A stretch of DNA of 64,000 nucleotides from Candidatus Multivoradales bacterium (GTDB lineage Bacteria > Acidobacteriota > Thermoanaerobaculia > Multivoradales > JAHEKO01). The notes under the pieces were generated by a model. That model made no database searches and was not told the origin of the DNA. It saw only the letters and a list, made by a program, of their open reading frames with translations. Shown in pieces: positions 24,531 to 34,770 of the stretch. Numbering within the stretch: the stretch's first letter is position 1; every line of letters begins with the position of its first letter. The stretch lies in the NCBI GenBank assembly GCA_965248055.1, contig CBDFIJ010000004.1, forward strand, positions 2,976,001-3,040,000. The letters are read 5' to 3'. A program made the translations under genes and the position numbers.

Positions 24531-26051
24531 TTATATCCTAGGAATCCAACGCATGGTGGTCATGATTTGACTGGCCCAAGAGGCGATTTTTGGCGATTTG
24601 AGTTGGCCCAAAATGGCGTCGTAGCCACCTCGTTTGGCGAAGCTGGTGGCGATGGTCTTCTGCTGGGTGAAGCGGGTGAGGCCGTATTCGCCGTGCCGGC
24701 GACCAAAGCCGCTGTCTTTGATTCCGCCCATCGGGGCGTCGACACAGTTGTAGACCATCAGCGTTGAATTGACTCCTACGCTTCCGGCGTTGACTTTCTC
24801 TGCCACCGCGTGCGCCGCCGATTGTGGCCCCCAAACCGAGGCGTTGAGTCCGTAGGCGGTGTCATTGGCTTGCTCTACCGCGTGCTCTAGATCGTGGTAC
24901 GGATAGACCGAGACTACCGGTCCGAAGGTCTCCTCGCGCGCCAAGACTGCTTTTTGCGGCACGTCGGTCAAGATTGTTGGTGCGAAGAAGGTCGGGCCCT
25001 GGTCTTCTAGCCTTCGCCCTCCGGTGAGGACTTGAGCTCCCTGCACGATGGCGTTGTTGACCTGTGATTCGACTTTTTGCAGATGGTCTTGGCTGATCAA
25101 GCTCCCCATGTCCGGGCGAAAGCTCTTTTCGTAGGCTACTGAAAGCTTCTCGGTGCGGGTCTTAGCTGCGTCGAGAAATTCATCGAAACGCTGGCGAGGT
25201 ATATATAGCCGTTCGATGTTGATGCAAGTCTGCCCAGAATTAAAAAAGGCACCTGGAAGAAGTCCTTCGATGGTGTTTTCGAGGTCTGCGTCCTCCAGCA
25301 CGATCGCCGGGTTCTTACCGCCGAGTTCCAGAGAACAAGGAATCAGGCGTCTGCCAGCAGCGGCAGCAACTTTGCGCCCAGTGGCGGCGCTTCCAGTAAA
25401 GGCGATGGCGTCCACTTCCTCGATCAAGGCGGCCCCCACCGGGCCCGGTCCGTGAACCACCCGAACGACCTCACTTGGGATTCCAGCTTCACGCAGGATC
25501 TCAATTGCCAGGTCGGCGCAGTGGGGGGTCAGTTCTGAGGGCTTGATCACCGCCGTGTTGCCCGCCAGCAGAGCCGGGATCGCGTCATCGACGGCCAGCA
25601 AGAAGGGGTAATTCCACGGAGTAATGAAACCGACCACCCCTAGAGGGTGGAAGGTCACCTGCGCCGAGGTCAACGTCGGCAGCGCTCCCGACCTATGTTG
25701 CGGTCGCAACATCCGGCGACCGTTCTTAAGGTAGTAGCGGCAGGTGGTCACCAAGGCTAGGAGCTCACCCAAAGCATCGCGACGTGCTTTCCCGGTCTCG
25801 TCCTGGATGCGATCCAGGATGTGGTTACGATGCGCGTGGAGTAGATCGTGGAAGCGTCGAATAACCGCGGCGCGCTGGCGAAACCCTGCTGCGTACCAAT
25901 CCTTGTGAGCCGCGCGAGCATCACCGACGGATGCCGCAACTTGTTCCTGGGTGGCGATCGATATCTTGCCGACAAACTCCCCGGTGGCTGGGTTGTAGAT
26001 TTCTAGGAAGTCGTCAGAAACGGTGGGTGCAGCCTCAACGAGAGTGGTCAT
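24531..26051 (-). CDS. NAD(P)-dependent aldehyde dehydrogenase (succinic semialdehyde dehydrogenase-like)
   Basis: ITPWNYP, KPSELTP, FTGSAATG, LELGGKNP, NSGQTC, EETFGPV. Confidence 0.92.
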   Translation of the reverse strand: MTTLVEAAPTVSDDFLEIYNPATGEFVGKISIATQEQVAASVGDARAAHKDWYAAGFRQRAAVIRRFHDLLHAHRNHILDRIQDETGKARRDALGELLALVTTCRYYLKNGRRMLRPQHRSGALPTLTSAQVTFHPLGVVGFITPWNYPFLLAVDDAIPALLAGNTAVIKPSELTPHCADLAIEILREAGIPSEVVRVVHGPGPVGAALIEEVDAIAFTGSAATGRKVAAAAGRRLIPCSLELGGKNPAIVLEDADLENTIEGLLPGAFFNSGQTCINIERLYIPRQRFDEFLDAAKTRTEKLSVAYEKSFRPDMGSLISQDHLQKVESQVNNAIVQGAQVLTGGRRLEDQGPTFFAPTILTDVPQKAVLAREETFGPVVSVYPYHDLEHAVEQANDTAYGLNASVWGPQSAAHAVAEKVNAGSVGVNSTLMVYNCVDAPMGGIKDSGFGRRHGEYGLTRFTQQKTIATSFAKRGGYDAILGQLKSPKIASWASQIMTTMRWIPRI

Positions 26052-26089
26052 CGGGCCATTCTATGCCGCAGTGCGTCGTAAGTGTTTTT

Positions 26090-26231
26090 GCACCCGCCGC
26101 CCTGAAGACGGCAAGTGCTTTACCGACTCCAAGAGATGGCGCTCGCCTCGGCCCCGCCGCGCGCCGGATCCCTTGATGTCTTTGGTCGCCTTGCCGTGCG
26201 CTTGCGGGGACGCTTCGGGGCCGGCGGGTGC
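26090..26231. repeat. Long imperfect palindrome/structured intergenic element (about 140 bp)
   Basis: GCACCCGCCGCCCTGAAG (26090-26107) pairs with CTTCGGGGCCGGCGGGTGC (26213-26231); ACGGCAAG pairs with CTTGCCGT; further nested stems. Confidence 0.65.
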
Positions 26232-26417
26232 GGGATGGCGTCCTTCCGAGATAGGAAAGCAGAGATGTCAGAGCGATGCCTGCCGTTGTCTTAGCAGGTG
26301 AAGGCGATCCAGGCGTCGGTGGTGTGGGATGGCGATCTCCCGAGGAATAGGAGCCAAGCCTTGGTTTCCCCTGGGCGGTGAACCCTCGTCGGGCCAACAA
26401 GGGCGTAAACTTCGCCG

Positions 26418-27683
26418 ATGGGCGACATGATCAACTACATCGCTATTGCGATTCCGGTGTTTTTTGTCCTGATTGGTGTGGAGCTGTTGGTGGCGCGCCA
26501 TGAGCGCCAAGAAGTGGCCCGGCTGAATGACGCGATCGCCGATTTGTCAACCGGGGTGCTGCAGCAACTCAGCGGGTTGTTGACCAAGACGTTGACCTTC
26601 GCCGGGTATGCCGCGATCTATCAGTGGGGTCGGTTGTTTGAGATCAACGGCCAAGCCTGGCCGACCTGGGTACTGGGATTTTTGGCGGTCGATTTTTGCT
26701 ACTACTGGTTCCATCGGTTTAGCCACGAGTCGAACTTCGCTTGGGGTGCCCACGTGGTGCACCACCAAAGCGAGGAGTACAACCTGTCGGTGGCGCTACG
26801 CCAGGGTGCCTTGCAACCGTTTGTCTCGATGGTGTTTTACTGGCCATTGGCGTTGGTGGGCTTGCCGCCAGTGACGTTCCTGGCGTTGTCTTCGTTCAAC
26901 ACTCTGTACCAGTTTTGGATTCATACTAAGACCATGGGTCGACTGGGGTTCTTGGAGTGGTTTATGAACACTCCGTCGCATCACCGCGTGCATCACGGCT
27001 GTAACGCGCAGTACATAGACCGCAACCACGCCGGTACCTTGATCATCTGGGACCGGATGTTTGGCACCTTCGAGCCCGAGGGGGAAGAGGTGATCTACGG
27101 CGTTACGCGACCGCTCAAATCGTGGAACCCGATCGAGGCCAACCTGCACTACTTCCGTTATCTCTGGCGCTTAGCGGGTAGGGCGGGGAGCTGGAGAGAT
27201 AAATTCCTTGTTTGGGTGATGCCACCGGGTTGGCTACCAGCCGGGGTCGAGGAGGAAAAACCCAAGGACTCTCCACTCTATGGAGTCAAATACGACGCCA
27301 AAGCGCCACCGGGGCTGAATCGCTATGTGCTGGCGCACTTCGCCATCACCCTGCTGGTGACCTTTTGGATGCTGTGGAGTTACCGGTCTTGGCCCACGGT
27401 GCTGGCGCTGGCCGTCGGGCTCTGGGTGGTGTGGTCGTTGGTCAACTTTAGTGGTGTCTTTGAGGGAAACCGATGGCTGCCGGGCTCTGAAATCGCCCGT
27501 TTGGCTGCATTGATTCTTCTGGTCGCTATTGGCTGGGGCCAAGTGATGGCCGGAGTGGGCGTTGCTCTGGTGCTGGCGATGTTCTTAGCAGCAGTATCGG
27601 TCATCTGGCTCGGACGGTACCGAAGGCATTTTTCTGGGCTAAGCGGAGTGGGTCGGGTCGTACCGACCAGAAGGGGAGGATGA
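26418..27683 (+). CDS. Fatty acid hydroxylase/sterol desaturase family, alkylglycerol monooxygenase-like
   Basis: YYWFHRFSH, HVVHHQSEEYNLSVALRQ, QFWIHT, TPSHHRVHHG, IIWDRMFGTF, plus a C-terminal TM extension. Confidence 0.85.
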   Translation: MGDMINYIAIAIPVFFVLIGVELLVARHERQEVARLNDAIADLSTGVLQQLSGLLTKTLTFAGYAAIYQWGRLFEINGQAWPTWVLGFLAVDFCYYWFHRFSHESNFAWGAHVVHHQSEEYNLSVALRQGALQPFVSMVFYWPLALVGLPPVTFLALSSFNTLYQFWIHTKTMGRLGFLEWFMNTPSHHRVHHGCNAQYIDRNHAGTLIIWDRMFGTFEPEGEEVIYGVTRPLKSWNPIEANLHYFRYLWRLAGRAGSWRDKFLVWVMPPGWLPAGVEEEKPKDSPLYGVKYDAKAPPGLNRYVLAHFAITLLVTFWMLWSYRSWPTVLALAVGLWVVWSLVNFSGVFEGNRWLPGSEIARLAALILLVAIGWGQVMAGVGVALVLAMFLAAVSVIWLGRYRRHFSGLSGVGRVVPTRRGG

Positions 27684-28342
27684 GGGACTTGATGTTAGCC
27701 ACCATACAGAAGATGTCAGGAATGTACCGTTTGGTTGGACTGCTTGCTGGGACGCTGGTTCTCGCCGGATGTGTGGCGGTTTGTCCGGATCAGAGAATTC
27801 AAGAACTTGTCTTGCTCGATGAAAGGTTGTGGAGGAGTTTGGACGCGATTGCGAAGTCAGGAGAAACCGAATCGAACGGAGATAAATCGCAAATAGCGCA
27901 GAGAAATCTCAGTGCTCTGACCGAAACCTGGGGTCGCTATGAGGAGGGGTTTCGACGTGAGTCCGAGGAATTCGCTGACGAAGTAGGTGCGAGAGTCGCG
28001 TTTTTGCATGTAGCCGTAGGAGGCAACTGGGTATATTTGCCGAGGCCCGGCGAGGAGATGCGGTTTCCTTCGGGAACAATGTCAGAGATGGAATTGGAAG
28101 AAGCGTTTGCATTGGTTCCTGCTGATTATTGGGATCACTTGAGGCGAGTCGTGGAGAGGGAGAATCCACCACCTGGCGAGGGGTCGCCTAGCAGTGACCT
28201 CTTGTTTCGCGACTTCCTTTACGGGTATGTCGCACATGGTGGCGGAATTCCGTGGTGGGGTCGCGCTCAGCGAATCACGTTGGAAGAGTTGAAGGGGATT
28301 TTGGAGTCTCGCTGTCAGCCGGCCTGGGCTTCATTTTTCTGA
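27680..28342 (+). CDS. Hypothetical lipoprotein
   Basis: Lipobox LVLAGC; ATGA overlap with the upstream gene; no recognisable domain. Confidence 0.55.
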   Translation: MRDLMLATIQKMSGMYRLVGLLAGTLVLAGCVAVCPDQRIQELVLLDERLWRSLDAIAKSGETESNGDKSQIAQRNLSALTETWGRYEEGFRRESEEFADEVGARVAFLHVAVGGNWVYLPRPGEEMRFPSGTMSEMELEEAFALVPADYWDHLRRVVERENPPPGEGSPSSDLLFRDFLYGYVAHGGGIPWWGRAQRITLEELKGILESRCQPAWASFF

Positions 28343-28397
28343 GAAGCGTACAGGGAACTGAATTCAGCCCAAAAAACCGAAGATCGGCGCGTGCTCC

Positions 28398-31300
28398 TCA
28401 GCCGAACAACTTCAGCACCGCCAAAAACACGCTGACTCCATCATCAGGGCCAGCGACGGCTTTGCCGAGATCCAGGCGGATGATGGTGTTCCAAGGGCCG
28501 ACGAAGTTGCCTTGAATCCCGACGCCGCCCAGCAGTTCGTTGTCGAGGCCGGAGGCTTGGTCGGTAGCCCAAGCCGCATCTCCGCGCAGTTGCAGTTGGA
28601 TGATCTCTGCCAAGTCGAAGCCGTAGCCAAAGTGGATAGCGCTGGCCTCTTCAGCGCGCACTAGGCCGCTACGGTAGCCACGCACCCGAATATCGCTGAA
28701 GTAGCCGAAGTTGTATTTGGAGAAGCGATCGAGATCGGAGCCTCCGACATACTGCAGCTCGGAGTAGAACTTTTGGAATTTCGGCAAATGGAACGTCTTG
28801 CCAACCGTGAACTCGTAGGTCAAAAAACTGTCGGTATTGGCGTCGAAGGCGGCAACCTGATCGGCTGTGCCCCAAGCTTGCCAATCGGTTCGGTTATGGG
28901 CCGCTATACCGCTACTGAGGCGAAAGCCAGAGCGGTCGTAACGGGTGCGCAGCGCCAGTTGGTGCTCCAGATGGTCGGCGGGAAGGGTGAAGTCTGCTCC
29001 GGTGGCGTCTGCTCGGTCGAATCCCCGATTGGCAATACGGTAGTCCAGGACCGCGCGTCCTCGCTGGCCAAGGTCGTGCCCCAGTTCCAAAGACAAGCTG
29101 CCGGTCTGAGTGCGGATCTCTTCGCCGGGGATTTCGAGTCCGTTGCGGTAGAGCTCGTCGGATCCTTTGATGCCGAGCACAAAGAGGTCCGCGGCGGCAG
29201 TAAATTCGCTGCCCAGAAACGAGGGGTCCGACCAGTTCGCCAGGGCCAGAACTCCGGCGAAGAAGACGTTGACCTGTTGTCCGGAATCCCGGAAGTCGAA
29301 GTCGATCCAGTTGACTCCGCCCAGCGGCACCGGAAAGTCTAGACTCTCGTCATAGAACACTCCGCCGAGTGCGAAGAGGCGACTAGTATCAAACTCCTCC
29401 TGGACCACCCGTTCGCCGGTTTCTTCGTCCGGGATCAAGTAACGCATGCCTTGCTCAGTGTCGCGAACCATAGTGGCGTCGGAGGCCAAGGTGGTGGCAT
29501 AGCGTTGCTCAAACTCGACGCCGTTGATCGACAACTCAGAGAGTAGGGTTTCTTTTTCCACCAGTGTGTTGGCGTTGAGATAGTTGAAGACCTGCTGGGC
29601 GACGGTGCGCGTCGGCATGACAAAGGCCGCGTTGCCCCAGTCGGCGGGCGAACCTTGTGCGCTCAAAGGTGCAAAGAAGGCGGTCTCTTCATTGGAGATG
29701 ACATCACCCGAGAGCCCTAGTTGCAGTGCGCGGCTTTTCACCCGAAAAAAATTTTCCCGGTCGATCCAAACCGTACCGCGGTAGGGATTTTCGGTGTCAT
29801 CGACCACCCAAGGTTCGAACTCGACGACCCAACAATCCCGTCCCTGAACCTGTTCGGTGCCGCGTAGTCGATACTCGTATTCCTTGGTGAAATTGATCTC
29901 CAATGGCAGTGCAGCGGCTTTTTCTGGCTCCACCAAGGGGATTTCTGGGATCTTCTTGGAGCGCCAGCGCACACCGTTGATCAAGAACTCCTGCCATGCC
30001 CAGTCCCAGCCGTGCTCGCGACGAAAAAAGAAGTCGCCGGCGAATGTGGCCTCCAAAGATTCGTCGCCACCACCAAAGCGTAGATGGGTGGTATTGCGGG
30101 CACTGTAGTGATTGAGATTACGGCGTTGAGCGTCATCAAAAGCTTGCAGCCGCCGGAGGATTTCTGACACCGGTATCAGCCTTTCGGTGGTCACGGTCAG
30201 GGACTCTTCCAAACCTTCCAACCCTTCAGCTTCGGAAGCGGTGAGACGATCTAAGCGCAGTACCCATGGTTCGTTTGGACGTTCAATCGAAACCTCCAGG
30301 ACACGATCCGCATCGCGAGTGCCGAAGATCGATTGCACTTGGTCTGAGTCCGCTGAGATCCGCTGTGGGTCACGAACCATTGGGTCGGCGAAACGAAGAG
30401 TGAGTGGATCTGGGTGGCTGGCATCGGAGCCTGCGATTACCCTCAGAGACAAATCTTCGCCGCGGACAAAAGTCCACGCGGTCTCGTTTCCTAACGGCGT
30501 TGAGTAGGGGTCGAGAGAAATATCGCCGCCGAACTCGCGGGCCAAGAGTGCCAGGGGGGCAATCGAAGCGGTCTCTGCGGAGTCGGCGGAAAACATCGTC
30601 ACCGCCGCTCCGAGGGCGGCATCGCTGGCTGCGTGCGCCAACGCACTGGGCTGCTGATTGCTGCCGACCGTGGGATCTAGCTCTCTACTGTCGATGACCA
30701 CCGGAGTTCCAGGCATCAATGTGTTCAGGGCCTCAAGCGTCGCTGCCAAATTCGACGTAGGAACCACTGTAAGGCCGTCGATGTAGGGACCGGGGTCTTC
30801 GGCAAAAAACGCGGTGAGAAAACTTGTGGTGGATTCCAACGGACCCACGATCACCCGGACGTTCGAGTTGGCTCCGGTGATCGCTGCTGAAGCACGCTTG
30901 ATCAAGAACGCCAATTCGACCGGACTCACTAGGCCTGAAGACGGTATCCACGATACCTGGACATGACCGCGGTCGCCGAGACTGCCGCTCAGCGCAGCGA
31001 CTTTTTCGAGTGCAGCGTCGAGTTGGTTGACGTTGGCGGTGATTGGCGAGGGCGTGCGCAGGATCGCCTGTGGCCAGGCGACCGCCTGAGCGTTGCCCAG
31101 TTGTGACACTAGATCAGAGACATTCAGAGCTGTTTCGTCGATCGCGTCGACGTCAACCGGCCAAGAGACGTACAAGGTGCCCGATTCCGGGATTGGAGGT
31201 AATTGGGATAACGCGGTTGCGACGGAGTATGGATCTGCCGTTCGTACTCCGGCACAGGGACGGCATGGCGGAGACTGGGCACTCAGCGGACTGGCAGTTG

Positions 31301-31457
31301 AGACCAAAGCCAATGCCAATGCCAACGCCAGTGTTAGAGCCAGTGCCAAGGCCAGCGTGAACCCACCGGCCGTCGAGCGGCCCAGGGCAAGAGACTGGAT
31401 GAAGTAAGAGTAGGGGTTTAGGTTCGGACGCAGAGTGGTTCTTAAAGTGGGGCGCAT
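28398..31457 (-). CDS. Large exported protein with LolA/MucB-like central domain and probable C-terminal outer-membrane beta-barrel
   Basis: Signal peptide; YRLRGTEQVQGRDCWVVEFEP...GTVWIDRENF pattern; aromatic alternating beta strands in the C-terminal third. Confidence 0.55.
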   Translation of the reverse strand: MRPTLRTTLRPNLNPYSYFIQSLALGRSTAGGFTLALALALTLALALALALVSTASPLSAQSPPCRPCAGVRTADPYSVATALSQLPPIPESGTLYVSWPVDVDAIDETALNVSDLVSQLGNAQAVAWPQAILRTPSPITANVNQLDAALEKVAALSGSLGDRGHVQVSWIPSSGLVSPVELAFLIKRASAAITGANSNVRVIVGPLESTTSFLTAFFAEDPGPYIDGLTVVPTSNLAATLEALNTLMPGTPVVIDSRELDPTVGSNQQPSALAHAASDAALGAAVTMFSADSAETASIAPLALLAREFGGDISLDPYSTPLGNETAWTFVRGEDLSLRVIAGSDASHPDPLTLRFADPMVRDPQRISADSDQVQSIFGTRDADRVLEVSIERPNEPWVLRLDRLTASEAEGLEGLEESLTVTTERLIPVSEILRRLQAFDDAQRRNLNHYSARNTTHLRFGGGDESLEATFAGDFFFRREHGWDWAWQEFLINGVRWRSKKIPEIPLVEPEKAAALPLEINFTKEYEYRLRGTEQVQGRDCWVVEFEPWVVDDTENPYRGTVWIDRENFFRVKSRALQLGLSGDVISNEETAFFAPLSAQGSPADWGNAAFVMPTRTVAQQVFNYLNANTLVEKETLLSELSINGVEFEQRYATTLASDATMVRDTEQGMRYLIPDEETGERVVQEEFDTSRLFALGGVFYDESLDFPVPLGGVNWIDFDFRDSGQQVNVFFAGVLALANWSDPSFLGSEFTAAADLFVLGIKGSDELYRNGLEIPGEEIRTQTGSLSLELGHDLGQRGRAVLDYRIANRGFDRADATGADFTLPADHLEHQLALRTRYDRSGFRLSSGIAAHNRTDWQAWGTADQVAAFDANTDSFLTYEFTVGKTFHLPKFQKFYSELQYVGGSDLDRFSKYNFGYFSDIRVRGYRSGLVRAEEASAIHFGYGFDLAEIIQLQLRGDAAWATDQASGLDNELLGGVGIQGNFVGPWNTIIRLDLGKAVAGPDDGVSVFLAVLKLFG

Positions 31458-31531
31458 ATTGAGTCAGCAGGCTCCTGCAAGAGTTTCTAGTGAGGCGAGA
31501 CAGTTCTAGGGCTAGGCGTCGCCGCCGATGC

Positions 31532-33475
31532 TTAGGACTCGACGAGTCGGCCACGAAAACGGATGACAAGCACAATCACTGCCAAGCTGATCGCCAACAA
31601 GATCCAAGGTGGAACTCCGTACGAGGCTGGCAAGATACCGCCAAAAACTGCCAGCATGCCGACGCCTAGAGCGTAGGGAAGCTGGGTTCTGACATGGGCA
31701 ATGTGATCGCTACCTGTAGCCATGCTGGAGAGAATCGTGGTGTCGGAAATCGGCGAACAATGATCTCCCCAAACACTGCCTGCAAGGACCGACGCTACCG
31801 TGATCACCATGATCTGCGTGTGCTCAGCGGAACCGACCGCGAATCCAGCGGGAACTGCGAGTCCGTGCGCAAGGGGAACCGACAGCGGGGTCAAGATCGA
31901 CATCACTCCCCACGAAGTCCCGGTGGCAAATGCGACCACTGCGGCGAGGGCGAAAACCACGGTTGGCAGCAGGCGTGGTGAGAGCACGCCCTCGGTCAAG
32001 CCAATCAGGAAATCGGCGGTATGAAGGTCCTCACTGACCGCCCCGATCGACCAAGCTAAGGTCAATACGGTGAATGCCATCACCATCGAACGGAATCCTT
32101 CCACGGTGGTGTCTGCGGCTTCGCGTAGGCTCAGGATGCGCTGGCTCAGGGCCAAGATGATCGCTGCCAGCAACCCTGCCAAGCTGGCCCACAACAAGGT
32201 GTTAAAAGGGTCAGACTGGGCGAATACTTCGCGTAGCCATGCGGTCAAAGTCCCGGTCCTGGGGCCAACCGCGGCACTACCAGTAATCAGTAAACCCACT
32301 AGGGTGGCGACGATCACCACCAGGATCGGAATCAGGGCATTGGATGCACGATGTGGCTTGCCCTCAGGCGGGGTCAAAACCGAGTCGCTCAGGTTGGACA
32401 ACGGTGCTGCGTCGTCGGCCAACACTTTGCCCTCTTTGCGTGCGCGCCGCTCGGCGTGCCACATGGCGCCAAAATCCCGCCCACTGACCGCGATCGCCAA
32501 CCCAAATGCCAGAGCCAGCAGGGGATAGAACCGATAGGGGATGGACGATAGGAAAGTGGTATATGGGTTCATCGCCAACTCAGAATCCCGCAGAGCGTCG
32601 CCGATCAGTCCCACTTCGAACCCGACCCAAGTAGAGATCGGAAAGATCGCGACTACCGGGGCAGCGGTGGAGTCGACAATGTAGGCAAGTTTCTCTCGGC
32701 TGATTTTCAACCGGTCGGTGACCGGACGCATAGTCGAGCCGACGATCAGGGTGTTGGCGTAGTCATCGAAGAACACCAAAATACCCATCAACCAGGTTGC
32801 CACTTGCCCACGTCGAGCGTCGGTGGCGTAGGGCGCCAAGCGATCGATGATTCCTTGGGTGCCGCCGCTGCGGCTGACCATCGCCACCATCGCTCCAAGC
32901 AGCATCGAAAAGACAATGATGGTTGCGTGGCTGGAGTCGGTGATGGCGTTGATCACATAGCGATCGATGGTGCGGGCAAAGGCCTGCCAGAAACTGCCAA
33001 AAACCAGCCAAGCGCCGACGAAGACGCCGGCGAACAGCGCTGGCAGAACATTGCGAAATAGCAGCGCCAGCCCGATCGCGACCAACGGTGGGATGATCGA
33101 AACCCAGCCGGGCAGGATGCGCATCTCGGTAGTTGCGCGAGTACCTGCGGAACTGGCTTCAACGCGGTGCGAACCGAGCGTCAATCCTGAGGCAGGCTGT
33201 CTCGAGTTGAGAGTGACCTGGTGCGTTCCCTCGCCAAGTCTAAAGCTGCCAGCGGGCTGTCCGTCGATGGTGAAATCAATCGCTTGAGCAACTTCAACGT
33301 CGGACACCTGAAGCTCGACGGTGGTCGGAGAACCTCGGTGAATGATCTCGGCGGAGAGTTCCAGTTCGACGGCGGTTGCCGGAGTGGAGAGACCCAAAAG
33401 GAGAATAAGAAAAGCCACTACGGTGCTCGGCGAGACCAACTGAAAACCCCTCATCGATGACACTACGACACTCAA
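31532..33475 (-). CDS. Na+/H+ antiporter NhaC family protein with N-terminal extracytoplasmic domain
   Basis: FFDDYANTLIVG, SREKLAYIVDSTAAP, FATGTSWG, GDHCSPISDTTILSS, HVRTQLPYA. Confidence 0.9.
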   Translation of the reverse strand: MSVVVSSMRGFQLVSPSTVVAFLILLLGLSTPATAVELELSAEIIHRGSPTTVELQVSDVEVAQAIDFTIDGQPAGSFRLGEGTHQVTLNSRQPASGLTLGSHRVEASSAGTRATTEMRILPGWVSIIPPLVAIGLALLFRNVLPALFAGVFVGAWLVFGSFWQAFARTIDRYVINAITDSSHATIIVFSMLLGAMVAMVSRSGGTQGIIDRLAPYATDARRGQVATWLMGILVFFDDYANTLIVGSTMRPVTDRLKISREKLAYIVDSTAAPVVAIFPISTWVGFEVGLIGDALRDSELAMNPYTTFLSSIPYRFYPLLALAFGLAIAVSGRDFGAMWHAERRARKEGKVLADDAAPLSNLSDSVLTPPEGKPHRASNALIPILVVIVATLVGLLITGSAAVGPRTGTLTAWLREVFAQSDPFNTLLWASLAGLLAAIILALSQRILSLREAADTTVEGFRSMVMAFTVLTLAWSIGAVSEDLHTADFLIGLTEGVLSPRLLPTVVFALAAVVAFATGTSWGVMSILTPLSVPLAHGLAVPAGFAVGSAEHTQIMVITVASVLAGSVWGDHCSPISDTTILSSMATGSDHIAHVRTQLPYALGVGMLAVFGGILPASYGVPPWILLAISLAVIVLVIRFRGRLVES

Positions 33476-33495
33476 CTAGCTGCTCCTCAACTGGC

Positions 33496-34554
33496 TCAAG
33501 CGTCGGAATCTGCGTTGTCTGCGGCTCCCTCTGCTTGTGATGCCACCGGGGTGACTGGTGCTGGTAGCCCCATAGCCTCGCGCAGTCTAGTCTCGATCTC
33601 CAGGCCCAGGTCCGGATTGTCGCGCAGAAAGGCCTTAGACTTCTCGCGCCCCTGTCCCAGCCGAACGTCACCGTAGCTGAACCAGGAGCCACTCTTGGTA
33701 ACAATGTTGTTGTCGACTCCGAGGTCGACCAATTCTCCGCTGTAGGAGATTCCTTCGCTGTAGCTGATTTCAAACTCGGCCATACGGAACGGTGCCGCGA
33801 CCTTGTTTTTGACCACCTTGACCCGTGCCCGACTACCGACCACTTCTTCCCCGTCCTTGACTGCGGCGATACGCCGAATATCCAGTCGAACCGAAGAATA
33901 AAACTTGAGCGCTCGGCCGCCAGTGGTGGTTTCGGGGCTGCCGAACATGACGCCGATTTTTTCGCGAATCTGATTGATGAAGATCAGCGAGGTCTTGGAC
34001 TTGGCGACGATCGCGGTCAGTTTGCGCAAAGCCTGTGACATCAGTCGGGCATGCAGACCGACATGGGAATCTCCCATTTCTCCTTCAAGTTCGGCTCGGG
34101 GAACCAGAGCGGCCACCGAGTCCAAGACCACCACGTCGATCGAGTTCGAACGCACCAGCATTTCGACGATTTCCAGCGCCTGCTCTCCGTTGTCCGGTTG
34201 AGAGACCAGGATTTCGTCGATGTCGACTCCGATTTTGGTTGCGTACTCAGCGTCCAGCGCGTGTTCGGCGTCGATAAAGGCGGCGGTGCCCCCTGCTTTC
34301 TGTGCTTGCGCTACCACCGACAACGCCAGTGTGGTTTTTCCCGACGATTCGGGTCCATAGATCTCGATCACTCTTCCCCGGGGGAGACCTCCCACTCCAA
34401 TCGCCTGATCGAGCGCCAGGGATCCAGTTGAAACTGACTCAATCGCGAGACCTTCTTGTTGACCGAGGCGCATGATCGCACCCTTGCCAAATTGCCGTTC
34501 AATGTTTGCTAGCGCGCTATTGACTGCCTTAAGTCGCTCTTTGGTGTTACTCAT
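33496..34554 (-). CDS. recA: Recombinase RecA
   Basis: [63 protein letters not shown]. Confidence 0.99.
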   Translation of the reverse strand: MSNTKERLKAVNSALANIERQFGKGAIMRLGQQEGLAIESVSTGSLALDQAIGVGGLPRGRVIEIYGPESSGKTTLALSVVAQAQKAGGTAAFIDAEHALDAEYATKIGVDIDEILVSQPDNGEQALEIVEMLVRSNSIDVVVLDSVAALVPRAELEGEMGDSHVGLHARLMSQALRKLTAIVAKSKTSLIFINQIREKIGVMFGSPETTTGGRALKFYSSVRLDIRRIAAVKDGEEVVGSRARVKVVKNKVAAPFRMAEFEISYSEGISYSGELVDLGVDNNIVTKSGSWFSYGDVRLGQGREKSKAFLRDNPDLGLEIETRLREAMGLPAPVTPVASQAEGAADNADSDA

Positions 34555-34646
34555 GGGGGTCTCCTGGTACATTTGCGCTCATCTCACGCCTTTGTTGTCG
34601 CGGCTATACTAGCCCGGAAATCAGGACGCTGTCGGAGGATGATGAA

Positions 34647-34661
34647 GTTCTCAAGCAGTTC
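34647..34661. promoter_or_regulatory. Putative LexA box GTTC-N7-GTTC
   Basis: GTTCtcaagcaGTTC in the recA/murB divergent intergenic region. Confidence 0.55.
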
Positions 34662-34770
34662 CCCGATCAAGACGAGTAACCTCGTTTTCCAACACTAAAC
34701 CGCGCGAATCAATACTAAGGACTTCGCCCTAGTCAACCGATAGAGACGTAAGTCAGCCCGGCCATCGCTC

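Noticed and set aside
26035-26400. 121-aa minus-strand ORF and other short ORFs in the ALDH/hydroxylase intergenic region
   Set aside because: Pro/Arg/Ala-rich non-protein-like composition, and they overlap the palindrome and the promoter elements.
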